IMG/VR virus record: IMGVR_UViG_2660238128_000002
Origin: a virus
Lineage: Duplodnaviria; Heunggongvirae; Uroviricota; Caudoviricetes
Direction: 5' to 3' (one strand)
DNA: 14,285 nucleotides
Shown here piece after piece: positions 1 to 8,768 of this stretch. A program made the position numbers and the translations under genes. The first letter of the stretch is position 1. Each line of letters starts with the position of its first letter. The notes under the pieces were generated by a model. That model did no database searches. It saw only the letters and a program-made list of their open reading frames with translations, and was not told where the DNA came from.

Positions 1-1083
1 ATGTCGTCTAATAATCGACTCCATTATCTTGATGGTATTCGTGGCTGGGCCGCAACTATTGTTGTCTTCGGGCACACCATGGGGGGCGTGATTGCAATTG
101 ACGCACCTAATTTTGTAAATCATCAATGGATGAGCTTTTTTACAAATGCTCATCTTGCTGTTTTGGTATTTTTTGTTTTATCAGGCTACGTCCTGAGCGT
201 TAGCCAAATCTACTCATCAAAACGTAATACTGCGGTATCCACCGTTGCAAGATTATTCAGATTGGCTCTTCCGATTCTGTTCGTAAGCCTTGTCGCATAT
301 ATCATGATGAGGTTAAACCTATTTTTCAATGTTCAAGCCGCTACTAATGACATATCGAAATCGTGGTTAGGGACATTTTTCAGGTTTGAGCCGTCACTAC
401 CTGGTGTATTTTCCTTTTCATTTTTCGATGTATTTTTCGCTTATGATACTCCGACATCATACAACTCTTCATTATGGACCATGCCTATAGAAATGGCTGG
501 GTCAATTCTAATTTATTCATACATAGCTATATTCAGAACTGAAAAATTCAACTGGATAATTTCTTCCATTTTAATAGTTTATTTCTATTTTTATAGCCCA
601 TTCATGTTCTGCTTTATGGTTGGGTATGTTCTGGCTGAACTGAAAAAAATTAACAACCTATACCTGAGTGGTAGAAATGAAATACCGTTGATATTTATTT
701 TCTTTGCCATGATCTATCTGGATACATACCATAGGCCGGTTGATGAGATTATTCAGGCGCTTGAGGCGGTAGTATTTGTTGTTGTAATATCTTACAGCAA
801 AACTTTATCATCGCTGTTCTCATCAAGAGCATCAAGATTTATGGGCAGGATTTCGTTTTCTCTATATCTAGTTCAGATACTGGTTATTTGCTCATGGTCT
901 TCGTACATGAAGATTTTACTATCAAACTCTGGTATTAATATAAATATTGCAGCCTCAATAAACCTCATATCATCCATGGCTTTGTGCATATTAACAGCAA
1001 GAGCCATGACTCCTATTGATGAATTTAGTGTTAAACACTCCAAAACCATTGCTTTTAAATTATTAAATTTATGCTCTAGGTAA
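1..1083 (+). CDS. Integral-membrane acyltransferase, acyltransferase-3 family (O-antigen O-acetyltransferase-like; lysogenic-conversion candidate)
   Basis: 360-aa ORF. N-terminal motif LDGIRGWAA...VVFGH matches the conserved N-terminal Arg/His region of acyltransferase-3 (Oac/OafA-type) enzymes. Protein is very hydrophobic, consistent with a multi-pass membrane protein. Gene is AT-rich relative to the tail genes and convergent to the tail fiber gene. Family assignment from memory of the motif, not a search. Confidence 0.7.
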   Translation: MSSNNRLHYLDGIRGWAATIVVFGHTMGGVIAIDAPNFVNHQWMSFFTNAHLAVLVFFVLSGYVLSVSQIYSSKRNTAVSTVARLFRLALPILFVSLVAYIMMRLNLFFNVQAATNDISKSWLGTFFRFEPSLPGVFSFSFFDVFFAYDTPTSYNSSLWTMPIEMAGSILIYSYIAIFRTEKFNWIISSILIVYFYFYSPFMFCFMVGYVLAELKKINNLYLSGRNEIPLIFIFFAMIYLDTYHRPVDEIIQALEAVVFVVVISYSKTLSSLFSSRASRFMGRISFSLYLVQILVICSWSSYMKILLSNSGININIAASINLISSMALCILTARAMTPIDEFSVKHSKTIAFKLLNLCSR

Positions 1084-1266
1084 CCAAGTCGTCAAAATGC
1101 ACTTTAAGCCCCATAAGGGGCTTTCCATTCGCTCAGGTCTATCGAATCCACCATCCTGGCATACTAAAATGTTAATCGATATGCCATCAATCACTTCTTT
1201 CTCTTCATCCATTTCTGCCACGTAAATTGCGGCAATCGTATGGACGCTTTTCCTCAATTGGTTCAT
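1069..1266 (-). CDS. Hypothetical small protein (65 aa), doubtful
   Basis: ORF from the six-frame track. It overlaps the 3' end of the acyltransferase gene and the putative terminator hairpin. No recognisable motif. May be spurious or a gene remnant. Confidence 0.15.
   Translation of the reverse strand: MNQLRKSVHTIAAIYVAEMDEEKEVIDGISINILVCQDGGFDRPERMESPLWGLKCILTTWLPRA
1107..1126 (+). terminator. Possible weak intrinsic terminator after the acyltransferase gene
   Basis: Hairpin AGCCCC-ATAA-GGGGCT (6-bp GC-rich stem) about 25 nt after the stop codon, followed by a short, imperfect T-tract (TTTCCATT). Confidence 0.3.
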
Positions 1267-1573
1267 TATTTTTCCGATATGTCACACCCCATATTTAGAT
1301 TTCAACGTTATTAGATCACTCGCAAACTGTTCCTTCAGCATTGGATATTTAGCTTGCTAATGCTGCATGATTGCTTCCATCAGTTAAAGATGCAGAACTA
1401 AAAGCTAACGTAAGAAATGAAACATTCTCTTGATATGCTTTACTTAAGCTTTCCAGCTCTTTTTTGTATAGATAAGCATTTATTGTTGATTCTGAAATAA
1501 TTTTATACTCCAGCTACTGACAGAATTTACTATTTGATGAATTGTGTTTATCTCCTAATGAGTGCTTAACATT

Positions 1574-1687
1574 TTAATTCATTACAATTTCCTTATATTC
1601 AAGGTATTTTTCAAGATCTTGCTCACAACGGAATATTGATACTAATTGACTTTCATCATTAGTTGAAAGTTGGATGTATAGATTCAT
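1574..1687 (-). CDS. Small ORF (37 aa) immediately downstream of the tail fiber gene; possible remnant or mini tail-fiber chaperone
   Basis: ATG at 1687 lies 10 nt after the tail fiber stop and is preceded by AAGGA at 6-nt spacing. Translation: MNLYIQLSTNDESQLVSIFRCEQDLEKYLEYKEIVMN. Not in the ORF track (below its length cutoff). Sits where a tail fiber assembly gene would be expected. Confidence 0.3.
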   Translation of the reverse strand: MNLYIQLSTNDESQLVSIFRCEQDLEKYLEYKEIVMN

Positions 1688-1696
1688 CAATAGTCC

Positions 1697-2851
1697 TTAA
1701 ATAGTATACCCACTTACACCAACAGTTAAGCTAGATACTGATGATGTTGTCCAAGTGAATGTATAATAAATTGTTTGAGGGTTCTGGATTAGAAGCTCAT
1801 AGTAAAAATCGACGCCAGTAGATCTACTTAAACCAGCATATGCCTGGAAATACCCTACATCCTGGGTATCAGAAGCAATTGAAGCAGCTGCATAACCATC
1901 ACCTTCCCCTGTGTTACAAAACACATAACCAGTACAGGTTGCTGCGTTTTTCGGGATCGCGTTTGTAAGAGAAATTGGAGTATACCCACCTGGGTTGCTA
2001 CTGGTTGACAGTACATCAACTCGCTGGGTAGCGAACTTTCTCCCTCTTTGGTACCCAATTTTTAACAGCGCCCCAGATGTTGTTCCCCACACCGATACCA
2101 AAGCGCTCGCCGTATATCCTGCTGGCATGTTTGCACCACCATATACCGTGGGAGCAATAATAGAAGTGACGTCCTGAGCAAGTAATGCCGAGGTATCTGT
2201 CGTCGGGTTATAAATCAGGTAAATTGCAACCCAACCACTGGCTGGCGCACTACCAGTATCCATGCCACCCGCCCCAGTCGTGGTGAGATTGATGGTTTTG
2301 TTGACCGAGCTTAAACGGTACTGCTTACCAGATAATGACTCACCAACAATGACTTGATCAGCAGTGAACGTTGCTGATGCCGACGCTATTGCCACGCTCA
2401 TTTTCTGGTTAACAGCCTGACCAACCACGCCGGTGAATGATTCTCGCATCTTGAGGTAATCACTTAGCGGCGACCACCCAGCTGAAGAAGTATTAGGGTC
2501 GTTTGTGTTGTTGTTGATAGTGCTGATATAAATCGTTGCGCCGTCATCACTGATGAGAACAGCTCCAAGAGGATACCCTCCAACCGCCGTTGAAAAATCT
2601 GAGTCAAAAGCATTAAGAGCGCCTGCGCTAGACCATCTGCAAAGGGAAGACAACTCATACAAGATTTGATTCATGTCCTGCCCTTTGGGAGGAAGGCCCC
2701 CGGCAGATTTCAAAATCATTGTTATTGGTGGGAATCCTAAATCGTAGGATGCTGTATTATCTCCAGCTGGAGTTGTCGGCAGAAGATCCTCTCTTTGACC
2801 ATTTACTCCAAAAGGTTTTGGTTGTTTTTTGGGTGAGTCAGAGCGATTCAT
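1697..2851 (-). CDS. Phage tail fiber protein
   Basis: 384-aa ORF, last gene of the baseplate operon, directly after the gp48-like gene (3-nt gap). Gly/Ser/Thr/Asn-rich with repetitive beta-rich character (e.g. TINLTTTGAGG, YTFTWTTSSVSSLTVGVSGYTI), typical of fiber proteins. Position matches Mu gene S. Confidence 0.75.
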   Translation of the reverse strand: MNRSDSPKKQPKPFGVNGQREDLLPTTPAGDNTASYDLGFPPITMILKSAGGLPPKGQDMNQILYELSSLCRWSSAGALNAFDSDFSTAVGGYPLGAVLISDDGATIYISTINNNTNDPNTSSAGWSPLSDYLKMRESFTGVVGQAVNQKMSVAIASASATFTADQVIVGESLSGKQYRLSSVNKTINLTTTGAGGMDTGSAPASGWVAIYLIYNPTTDTSALLAQDVTSIIAPTVYGGANMPAGYTASALVSVWGTTSGALLKIGYQRGRKFATQRVDVLSTSSNPGGYTPISLTNAIPKNAATCTGYVFCNTGEGDGYAAASIASDTQDVGYFQAYAGLSRSTGVDFYYELLIQNPQTIYYTFTWTTSSVSSLTVGVSGYTI

Positions 2852-2853
2852 AC

Positions 2854-3492
2854 TTAATTCCTATAAAATGTGCCATCATTAAACGGGTAGGCGTCAGATG
2901 AAAAACCGAAATAAGGACTAATAATTTTTCGAATATTTACCTGAACACCACTAGGAACTGGCATTACTTCATAATTTGTGAGAATAGATTCCTCGTATGG
3001 TGCAAGTTCAAACTCGAATGTTATTCCAATGGTCATATCTCGATAATTCACACAGTATGCCCTTCCTCTTTGAAAAAATAATATCTTTAAAAACTTGTTG
3101 ATTTCTGGAATCGTAGCAATACTTATGTTCGTAAACGCTTTGCAAAATATGAGTGTTCTGTAAGCCTCGTCACTCAATCTAACATTTGTTGTCTCCTGTG
3201 CTCCTCCAAAAAAAGGAGAGTTGTTGAACGGAGCGGGGTAATTTGGTTCTGCATTATCAGCTTCACTGAATCCGAAGGAATTGGTCTCTATAGGTGAGTT
3301 AATATAGCGACTTATCCCTACTATTTTCCCCCACATATCCAGGCCGAATGTATCACAGGTAGTCAAATCCCATACTTTTTTAATAAACTCATCAGTGAAA
3401 TCATCAAGGCTAATTGCCTGATTAAAGGTATCAATGATGGATAGTAATTTTTTGCTTGCAGAGTACTGGGTAAGAATTGTGTCCTCCCACAT
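2854..3492 (-). CDS. Baseplate/tail protein, Mu gp48-position (DUF2612-like)
   Basis: 212-aa ORF between the baseplate J-like gene and the tail fiber gene. Size and position match Mu gp48. Family call by synteny and recollection only. Confidence 0.6.
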   Translation of the reverse strand: MWEDTILTQYSASKKLLSIIDTFNQAISLDDFTDEFIKKVWDLTTCDTFGLDMWGKIVGISRYINSPIETNSFGFSEADNAEPNYPAPFNNSPFFGGAQETTNVRLSDEAYRTLIFCKAFTNISIATIPEINKFLKILFFQRGRAYCVNYRDMTIGITFEFELAPYEESILTNYEVMPVPSGVQVNIRKIISPYFGFSSDAYPFNDGTFYRN

Positions 3493-3502
3493 ACATTTCC
3501 CC

Positions 3503-4732
3503 CTACGATAATGTAACAGTGATATCTGATTCCTGAATGGTTGGAACCTGGTCTATGCCCATAGTCACAGCCGGTCCGTATAGTGAACCATCGAGAGAAA
3601 CTTCAAGAGACAAAATTCCAACTGTATCAGGAGATATTGAAATAACAGGGGCATAGTATTTACCAGCATTTATCGTCGAACCAATTCGTGCCTTTCCAAT
3701 ACCCTCATATCCTCCATTGAACACAGTGACAATCATTTCCTTTACTTGTTTAGTAATATCACTTGGGGGATTTAGTGAAGCATCGACATTTACCTTAAAG
3801 TAAACCCGCGTAGGTGATGCCTTTTGCCATTGCATTACATAAGATGGATATGGCGGCATGTAATTAACGTTATCGTAAACAGTGAACGTTGTATTACCAT
3901 TCATATTGGCCCCGGGGTTATAAGTATTGAATATTGACTCAGCAACATCCGTATCAGCCCCGCCATAAACACAAATATAAACAGAATGCGCAAGAATCGG
4001 GAAATTCGTTGTTCCTTTATTTACTGTTTCTGCAGTTCTGTTTGACCATACGTAAGCATCAAGCACACCATCAGTCGCAAGTAACGCGGCTAATGTAGAT
4101 GCGTCCTGATTTCGACTGTTTCTGGCAACTGATTGTCTCCGGCGAGTTTCAAAGGCGATCCGTGATTCAACATCAACACCAACGACTCCAGGGCTAGTAT
4201 TATTTACAGCATCCCACCCGGAAACGGCTCGATAAATCTGGTTCAGTGAACCTGCGGCACACGGAATCGGCCCGGTTGTTGTGTTGACAAACTGCACATC
4301 AACAGAGCCTGATGAGGGTATTACAGCATTATCAATTGACTGATATATATACCCGCTCGTATCCACAGCGGTACTCCCTGCTGGTATTGTTGTTCCAACC
4401 TGACCAATGCATGTTGCTGTAACAACTGTCCCCTGAGCAGCGATCCGCTCCATAAAGTAAATCCGACCAATCCCGTCCTGGAATCTGCCGGTTGAAAAGT
4501 CAGGGTTAATTTGATTAAACAAACAAAGAAGCTTGTCGTATTCCTGAGCGATAATTTCAGTGTCAGACTGGGCGATCTGCCCTTGCGGTGAACTCAGTGA
4601 CTGACTTGCGCCACCGCCAAGGGCCGTTGACATGTCTGTAAGTCTTCCCGCCAATACATCTGCTATATCGGGGACTGAAAGACCGTTTTCAGTGATGGTT
4701 ACATCAGGAACAGCCGTATTTAATGTCGTCAT
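3503..4732 (-). CDS. Baseplate J-like wedge protein (Mu gp47 / P2 gpJ-like)
   Basis: 409-aa ORF. Its stop overlaps the start of the upstream 119-aa gene by 4 nt. Size and position are typical of baseplate J family proteins in Mu-like tail modules. Confidence 0.65.
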   Translation of the reverse strand: MTTLNTAVPDVTITENGLSVPDIADVLAGRLTDMSTALGGGASQSLSSPQGQIAQSDTEIIAQEYDKLLCLFNQINPDFSTGRFQDGIGRIYFMERIAAQGTVVTATCIGQVGTTIPAGSTAVDTSGYIYQSIDNAVIPSSGSVDVQFVNTTTGPIPCAAGSLNQIYRAVSGWDAVNNTSPGVVGVDVESRIAFETRRRQSVARNSRNQDASTLAALLATDGVLDAYVWSNRTAETVNKGTTNFPILAHSVYICVYGGADTDVAESIFNTYNPGANMNGNTTFTVYDNVNYMPPYPSYVMQWQKASPTRVYFKVNVDASLNPPSDITKQVKEMIVTVFNGGYEGIGKARIGSTINAGKYYAPVISISPDTVGILSLEVSLDGSLYGPAVTMGIDQVPTIQESDITVTLS

Positions 4733-5088
4733 AAGGTGGCCTGTGCAATATTACCATTGATATCTGTAACGCGGATTGTCCCGCGAGTTGTGCGTGTATT
4801 CTTGTCAAAGAAAACTGACGCCAGAGCATCCTCAACAACGGGTAATTTGAGTGCTTCAGCCTGCATTTTCTGAGCAATAAAACCAGGAGATGGTCGCCTG
4901 CCAAGAACTTCTGCCTTCCATGGGATCCCAAGTGTATTGTCGTAATAACACTCTCCTGAAAACACCAGGCATGCACTGGCGACATCCTGAGCAACAGAAT
5001 ATGATTCTTCTGCGATCGCCAGATTGCCATTTCCGTCAAGCGTCAAGTCCCACGTAGAAGTGTCCAGCTGCATAGTTCTGTATGTCAT
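4729..5088 (-). CDS. Small baseplate assembly protein (Mu gp46 / gpW-like position)
   Basis: 119-aa ORF translationally coupled (4-nt overlaps) to both neighbours. It is the small protein that conventionally precedes baseplate J. Confidence 0.55.
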   Translation of the reverse strand: MTYRTMQLDTSTWDLTLDGNGNLAIAEESYSVAQDVASACLVFSGECYYDNTLGIPWKAEVLGRRPSPGFIAQKMQAEALKLPVVEDALASVFFDKNTRTTRGTIRVTDINGNIAQATL

Positions 5089-5777
5089 GTCGGTTTATCC
5101 GTTGCATTGGAATTTATTGTTGACCCACCACTTTGTATTCCTGAAACAGAATGTTTGTGATTGTTATAGTTGTCCCTTAAATTTTTAACAGTAGATGACT
5201 GTGAGTCTGCGTTATCCTGAATATCGCCACTAACTTTAAGTAAAGGCGTATTCATGTTGACTCCATCAGGAGCATCAATATTTAACGATGAGCATTTGAT
5301 ATTTAGTGGGTTAGGCGTGGTTATATTTATTGCACCGTCAGCGAATTCAATGAATTGAGTAGGTGAAATGTTTAATACCCCACCAAGATAAATCGCATCC
5401 GATTTACTGTGTCGTCTTTTGCTTCCAGGTACTGATTCTTTACGATTTTTTCTTACCAGTGATGTGTCTTTGTCGCATACCGCAATCAGACCAATATCAC
5501 CTGCCACAGGGTCCATAATTACAGCGCTGTTTCCTCTCTGCAACCGCCATACGGGAAGATCATATAAAACCGAGTTGGAAATCATTTTTCCTGTACGGTC
5601 TGTTCTGGTTAGTAAAGGAAGAACATCAACAACTAAATCTGGTGCTTCCCCTCTGACTTCCTGAACTTTCGCTAACTCAATGAAGAAATATCCAGACATC
5701 AGCATCTCAAAAATATATTCCTGAGATTGAGCCTCACTTACCTGAGCAGGCGTTGGAGTAAATAGTTGCTTATCCAT
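5085..5777 (-). CDS. Baseplate spike / assembly protein V-like (Mu gp45 position)
   Basis: The ORF track gives 5085..5870 (261 aa), but its first ~31 codons overlap the upstream gene. The internal ATG at 5777 (MDKQLF...) gives an 8-nt ATGGATAA start/stop overlap typical of coupled phage genes. Start choice is uncertain (alternatives at 5846 and 5870). The C-terminal region is Gly/Ser/Asn-rich. Confidence 0.6.
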   Translation of the reverse strand: MDKQLFTPTPAQVSEAQSQEYIFEMLMSGYFFIELAKVQEVRGEAPDLVVDVLPLLTRTDRTGKMISNSVLYDLPVWRLQRGNSAVIMDPVAGDIGLIAVCDKDTSLVRKNRKESVPGSKRRHSKSDAIYLGGVLNISPTQFIEFADGAINITTPNPLNIKCSSLNIDAPDGVNMNTPLLKVSGDIQDNADSQSSTVKNLRDNYNNHKHSVSGIQSGGSTINSNATDKPT

Positions 5778-6946
5778 TATTCTGTTGCGCCTCTGCTCTT
5801 TGTTCCGCTGTTCTGGCGGCAATACATATTGAGTGCCATGAACCATTTGGCATCCATGATGATAATTCATGCCGAACGGAGGTTAACTTATACCTTCCGC
5901 TTGCATGTGGTAGTTCTGTTTTGATATCCACATATCTTCCAATGCAAAGGAGAGATGAATATTGCGTCTGAAACATCAGCCCCCCATTTGAAAATACAGG
6001 ATATCCAACAAGTCCGTATTCTCTGGATATAAACGGAATTACATCATCTCTGTTTTTTTCTGAAGGCCAGAACTCTACTTTTGCAGGTGGCGTAGCTGAC
6101 ATTGCCAGTCCATAATCTGAACAGACTCTATAAAGTTGCTCAAAAACACTTCCTTCAAAATGCGGACTTCCTGATGTTGTCATCCCTTTTACATTATTAA
6201 ACACAGCTTCATAACCTGCACTTGCACAAATGGATGAGATGACATCTTCAACACTTTGCGCCCCCTGTGCTGTAAACGGACTTGCTGGCATGTTCTGCAA
6301 ATCAACATTAGAAGAAGCTGTTATCATCAGGCTGCTTTCAGGAGCAGAATTCATGTTTGCTATTGATGAAAGCATCGTGCCAGAGAAAACAAGAGAATCA
6401 TCGGCAAATACTTCAACATTTAGCTTCTGCCCTTCTCCAATAATACCATCAGCCTTCCCTGATATATCAGCAAGCCTTTCAATTCCTAACCCGTAAAGAG
6501 ATATATCAGCCTGAGCGCCTCCCCGACCGGTAACAAAGTTCAGGGATACTGTTGACTTAACATTTCTGATGGAGATTTTATTGTTCCCATTTTTATCAAA
6601 TGCTGATGATTCATTCGTGAAGTCAAACCGAAGACTGTGATTTTTATACAAGCTCGTTTTCCTCGATGTAGTACAGCAAGTAACGGCTACCCAAGCCTTC
6701 CCATTGCGGATCCGATTCCCCATCATTATCAATGAAAATAAGGTCTCCCTTAAATCCAAGGTAGGAATATCTTACCATCTTATTCCCATACAGACATGGA
6801 ACGCCCTGCATAATTGGGACTTCATTAACAGTTAAATCCATGTACATAAAACTCTGTCGCTGAACAAGTTTTATATTACATTGCTGACCAGACAGACTTA
6901 CCGAAATGGACTGAGATTTGCTGGGAAGAACAGATACTGTAATCAT
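5770..6946 (-). pseudogene. Baseplate hub-like gene (Mu gpP/gp44 position) split into two overlapping reading frames
   Basis: A 100-aa ORF (6644..6946) and a 329-aa ORF (5770..6759) overlap by 116 nt in different frames. The downstream frame is +1 relative to the upstream one and begins at a TTG. Together they would encode about 390 aa, the size expected for a gpP-like protein. Both frames look protein-like across the overlap. Interpreted as a frameshift mutation, sequencing error or unusual +1 recoding. Confidence 0.5.
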
Positions 6947-7758
6947 GTACTCGCCTTAACTATATTTTTTGCAATATCTGCCGCTTTTTTTGTTGCGCTG
7001 TTTGTGACTTCGAGTATTGGTTTGGATACCGTATCAAGAGCACTCTGGAATTCAGTCTTGATTGTGTCGGAGATTTTTCCAGTGATTTCGCCAACAGATG
7101 ACTTCAGTGATGACCATGATTTACTTAGCTCATCGACAGTAGATTCCCTGGCTCCGCCATTGGTTATTTGCGGATCAACTCCTACACCTCCCTGTGACTT
7201 ATTGTTATCCGTTGGCTTCTGTTCTGACTGAGATCCAGAGAGGATAACCTCCATTTGCTGAATGACCTCCTGAAAATCAAGATAAACCGTCAGAAGAGTC
7301 ACCCCTTTTTGAGAGTTAACTTCGTAATAGTGGTCAACAAGGTCGAAACTCTCCAGAGTTTCCTTTGGCGTTTCAATATCGTATGTTTTTGCAGAGGACA
7401 GCATCATTTTGATTGTGTTCAGCGTGCTGTTCTGGCTTGTGAATGTGAGATCGAAAATATTCGGGATGTTGCCGGAAAAACCAGTAAGACCATTTACGAT
7501 GATTGCGCATCTTACCCTGGCGGGTTCTTTAACTTTGTTGATGGACTGGTATTTCCCTTTCTCCACCGGAGCGTTTGTTATTTGCGCCCTGCCACTTGGC
7601 TGCACGGATGCCATACCACTGAACTCAAGAGCAACCTCGCCAGTTTCCCTGTCACGAATCACATACTGAGGATGCAGAACGCTGTCGATGATCGAAAGCG
7701 GAGAGCCACCACCGATAGCATTGAATATGTCTGCTGTGTTTAAATCGATTATGCCCAT
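6943..7758 (-). CDS. Tail/baseplate protein in the Mu gpN position (function unassigned)
   Basis: 271-aa ORF, first gene after the immI-like cassette. Good RBS (GGAGAG, then 3 nt, then ATG). Stop overlaps the next gene's start. Assignment by position only. Confidence 0.5.
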   Translation of the reverse strand: MGIIDLNTADIFNAIGGGSPLSIIDSVLHPQYVIRDRETGEVALEFSGMASVQPSGRAQITNAPVEKGKYQSINKVKEPARVRCAIIVNGLTGFSGNIPNIFDLTFTSQNSTLNTIKMMLSSAKTYDIETPKETLESFDLVDHYYEVNSQKGVTLLTVYLDFQEVIQQMEVILSGSQSEQKPTDNNKSQGGVGVDPQITNGGARESTVDELSKSWSSLKSSVGEITGKISDTIKTEFQSALDTVSKPILEVTNSATKKAADIAKNIVKAST

Positions 7759-7770
7759 CTACTCTCCATT

Positions 7771-7795
7771 AAACAAAAACCCAGCCGAAGCTGGG
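7771..7795 (-). terminator. Intrinsic terminator downstream of the Bro-N antirepressor gene
   Basis: On the minus strand: CCCAGC-TTCG-GCTGGG hairpin (6-bp GC-rich stem, tetraloop) followed immediately by TTTTTGTTT. Lies between the antirepressor stop (7815) and the next gene's start (7758). Confidence 0.6.
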
Positions 7796-7814
7796 TCGTT
7801 GCGTTGGTTATCTG

Positions 7815-8693
7815 TCAGTAGTTATGTACTGAAGGAGGTAATTCTTTATTCTTAAGTCTCATCCATGCGGAAAGATTCGTTGGTCCGTCTGGCTCATTGA
7901 TATCAACATCTCGTGTGTGATTGATTAAAACGTCTCTCGCTATATCGATAATACGGGAGAACTCATAACCGCAGTCATGACATCTGCCGGAATAGTTCGA
8001 TTGAATTTGTTTTAATGCCGGATACAGTTCGCGGAATAATGCCTGTGAACGGTTGGCATAATCCCATAACCATACAAGGCTGTTTGCTTCTTTTGCAGAA
8101 ATCTCGTTGGTTTTCTTCTCTTGTTTGCCGATGAACTCACCTTCAAGCACTACCCTGTGGATGTACTCTACGGCCAGCGGGATTTGTTCAATTGAAAGTT
8201 CATCAATGCTGTCAATACCAAAACGCTGATGAACCATATTGTATGCATCGTCATAGCGAAGTCCTTTCTTTCCTACCAGCATGTTTACTGCATCGCGTAG
8301 CGGTGTTCTTTCCTCAACAGTGGTTTTCTTTCCTTTTACATACTCGCCATGTTTGCGAATTGAAGGCAGAACTTCTGCTGTTACCCACTTGCGGAATTTG
8401 TGTGGGACTGAACCTTTATTGACTGCATCGCGGCAGCGCAGAACCAATGTATACATACCTGATTCGCTCACAATGCTTAGATTCTGCTCACCACCAAGGG
8501 TGTAACTTAAAGTTACTCCCTTTTCATCGTCATCAAGTGCAGTAAGCGCCTTGCGTGAGTTAGTCAAAGCTAAAGCATCACAAACATCTTTAGCTACAAA
8601 CCACGGCTCGCCGCACTTGTTAATGACGCGAATTTCACTGTCGCCAAATTTGAAGATGGTGAAATCGTTTTGTGCCTTTGCTATACTTTTCAT
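7815..8693 (-). CDS. Bro-N domain antirepressor (Ant-like)
   Basis: 292-aa ORF. The N-terminus carries the Bro-N signature ([10 protein letters not shown]...[16 protein letters not shown]...[19 protein letters not shown]). The C-terminal half is a separate region of unassigned fold. It is the second gene of an operon headed by a small ribbon-helix-helix gene, as in P22 arc-ant. Confidence 0.75.
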   Translation of the reverse strand: MKSIAKAQNDFTIFKFGDSEIRVINKCGEPWFVAKDVCDALALTNSRKALTALDDDEKGVTLSYTLGGEQNLSIVSESGMYTLVLRCRDAVNKGSVPHKFRKWVTAEVLPSIRKHGEYVKGKKTTVEERTPLRDAVNMLVGKKGLRYDDAYNMVHQRFGIDSIDELSIEQIPLAVEYIHRVVLEGEFIGKQEKKTNEISAKEANSLVWLWDYANRSQALFRELYPALKQIQSNYSGRCHDCGYEFSRIIDIARDVLINHTRDVDINEPDGPTNLSAWMRLKNKELPPSVHNY

Positions 8694-8768
8694 GTCAATA
8701 TTTCCCGATCAGATTTGTTGATGTAGAAGCCTCGCCAGTTCCCGCTGTCGGGGCTTCGTTATTTTTAG
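8679..8768 (+). ncRNA. Candidate Sar-like cis-antisense small RNA covering the antirepressor ribosome-binding site
   Basis: Plus-strand extended -10 element TGcTATACT (8679-8687) inside the first codons of the antirepressor gene. About 40 nt further on the plus strand is a hairpin GAAGCCTCG...CGGGGCTTC (8726-8757, 9 bp including one G-U pair) followed by GTTATTTTT. The predicted ~75-nt transcript is antisense to the antirepressor RBS and the intercistronic region. The terminator is oriented for the plus strand only. Confidence 0.4.

Noticed and set aside
1855-2901. Short ORFs overlapping the tail fiber gene on either strand (1855-2058, 1995-2177, 2464-2658, 2719-2901)
   Set aside because: They overlap the 384-aa fiber ORF, which is the only one with coupling to the upstream gene and a fiber-like composition.
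4704-5039. 111-aa ORF on the minus strand
   Set aside because: It lies entirely inside the 119-aa baseplate gene in another frame, has no independent RBS context and an implausible Leu/His/Arg-rich composition. Treated as an overlap artefact.
5419-6496. Plus-strand ORFs 5419-5664 and 6230-6496, and 6881-7231
   Set aside because: Antisense to baseplate genes, with no RBS and Ser/Pro-rich low-complexity translations.
7255-7743. 162-aa and 86-aa plus-strand ORFs antisense to the 271-aa tail gene
   Set aside because: Shadow ORFs opposite a well-supported, translationally coupled minus-strand gene. Cys-rich, low-complexity translations.
8192-8505. Plus-strand ORFs inside the Bro-N antirepressor gene
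   Set aside because: Antisense to a gene with a clear Bro-N signature. Cys/His-rich shadow frames.
8726-8757. The 8726-8757 hairpin as a terminator for the minus-strand Arc-like gene
   Set aside because: On the minus strand the hairpin is followed by TACATCAACAAA, not a U-tract, and the antirepressor must be co-transcribed. The U-tract is present only on the plus strand.
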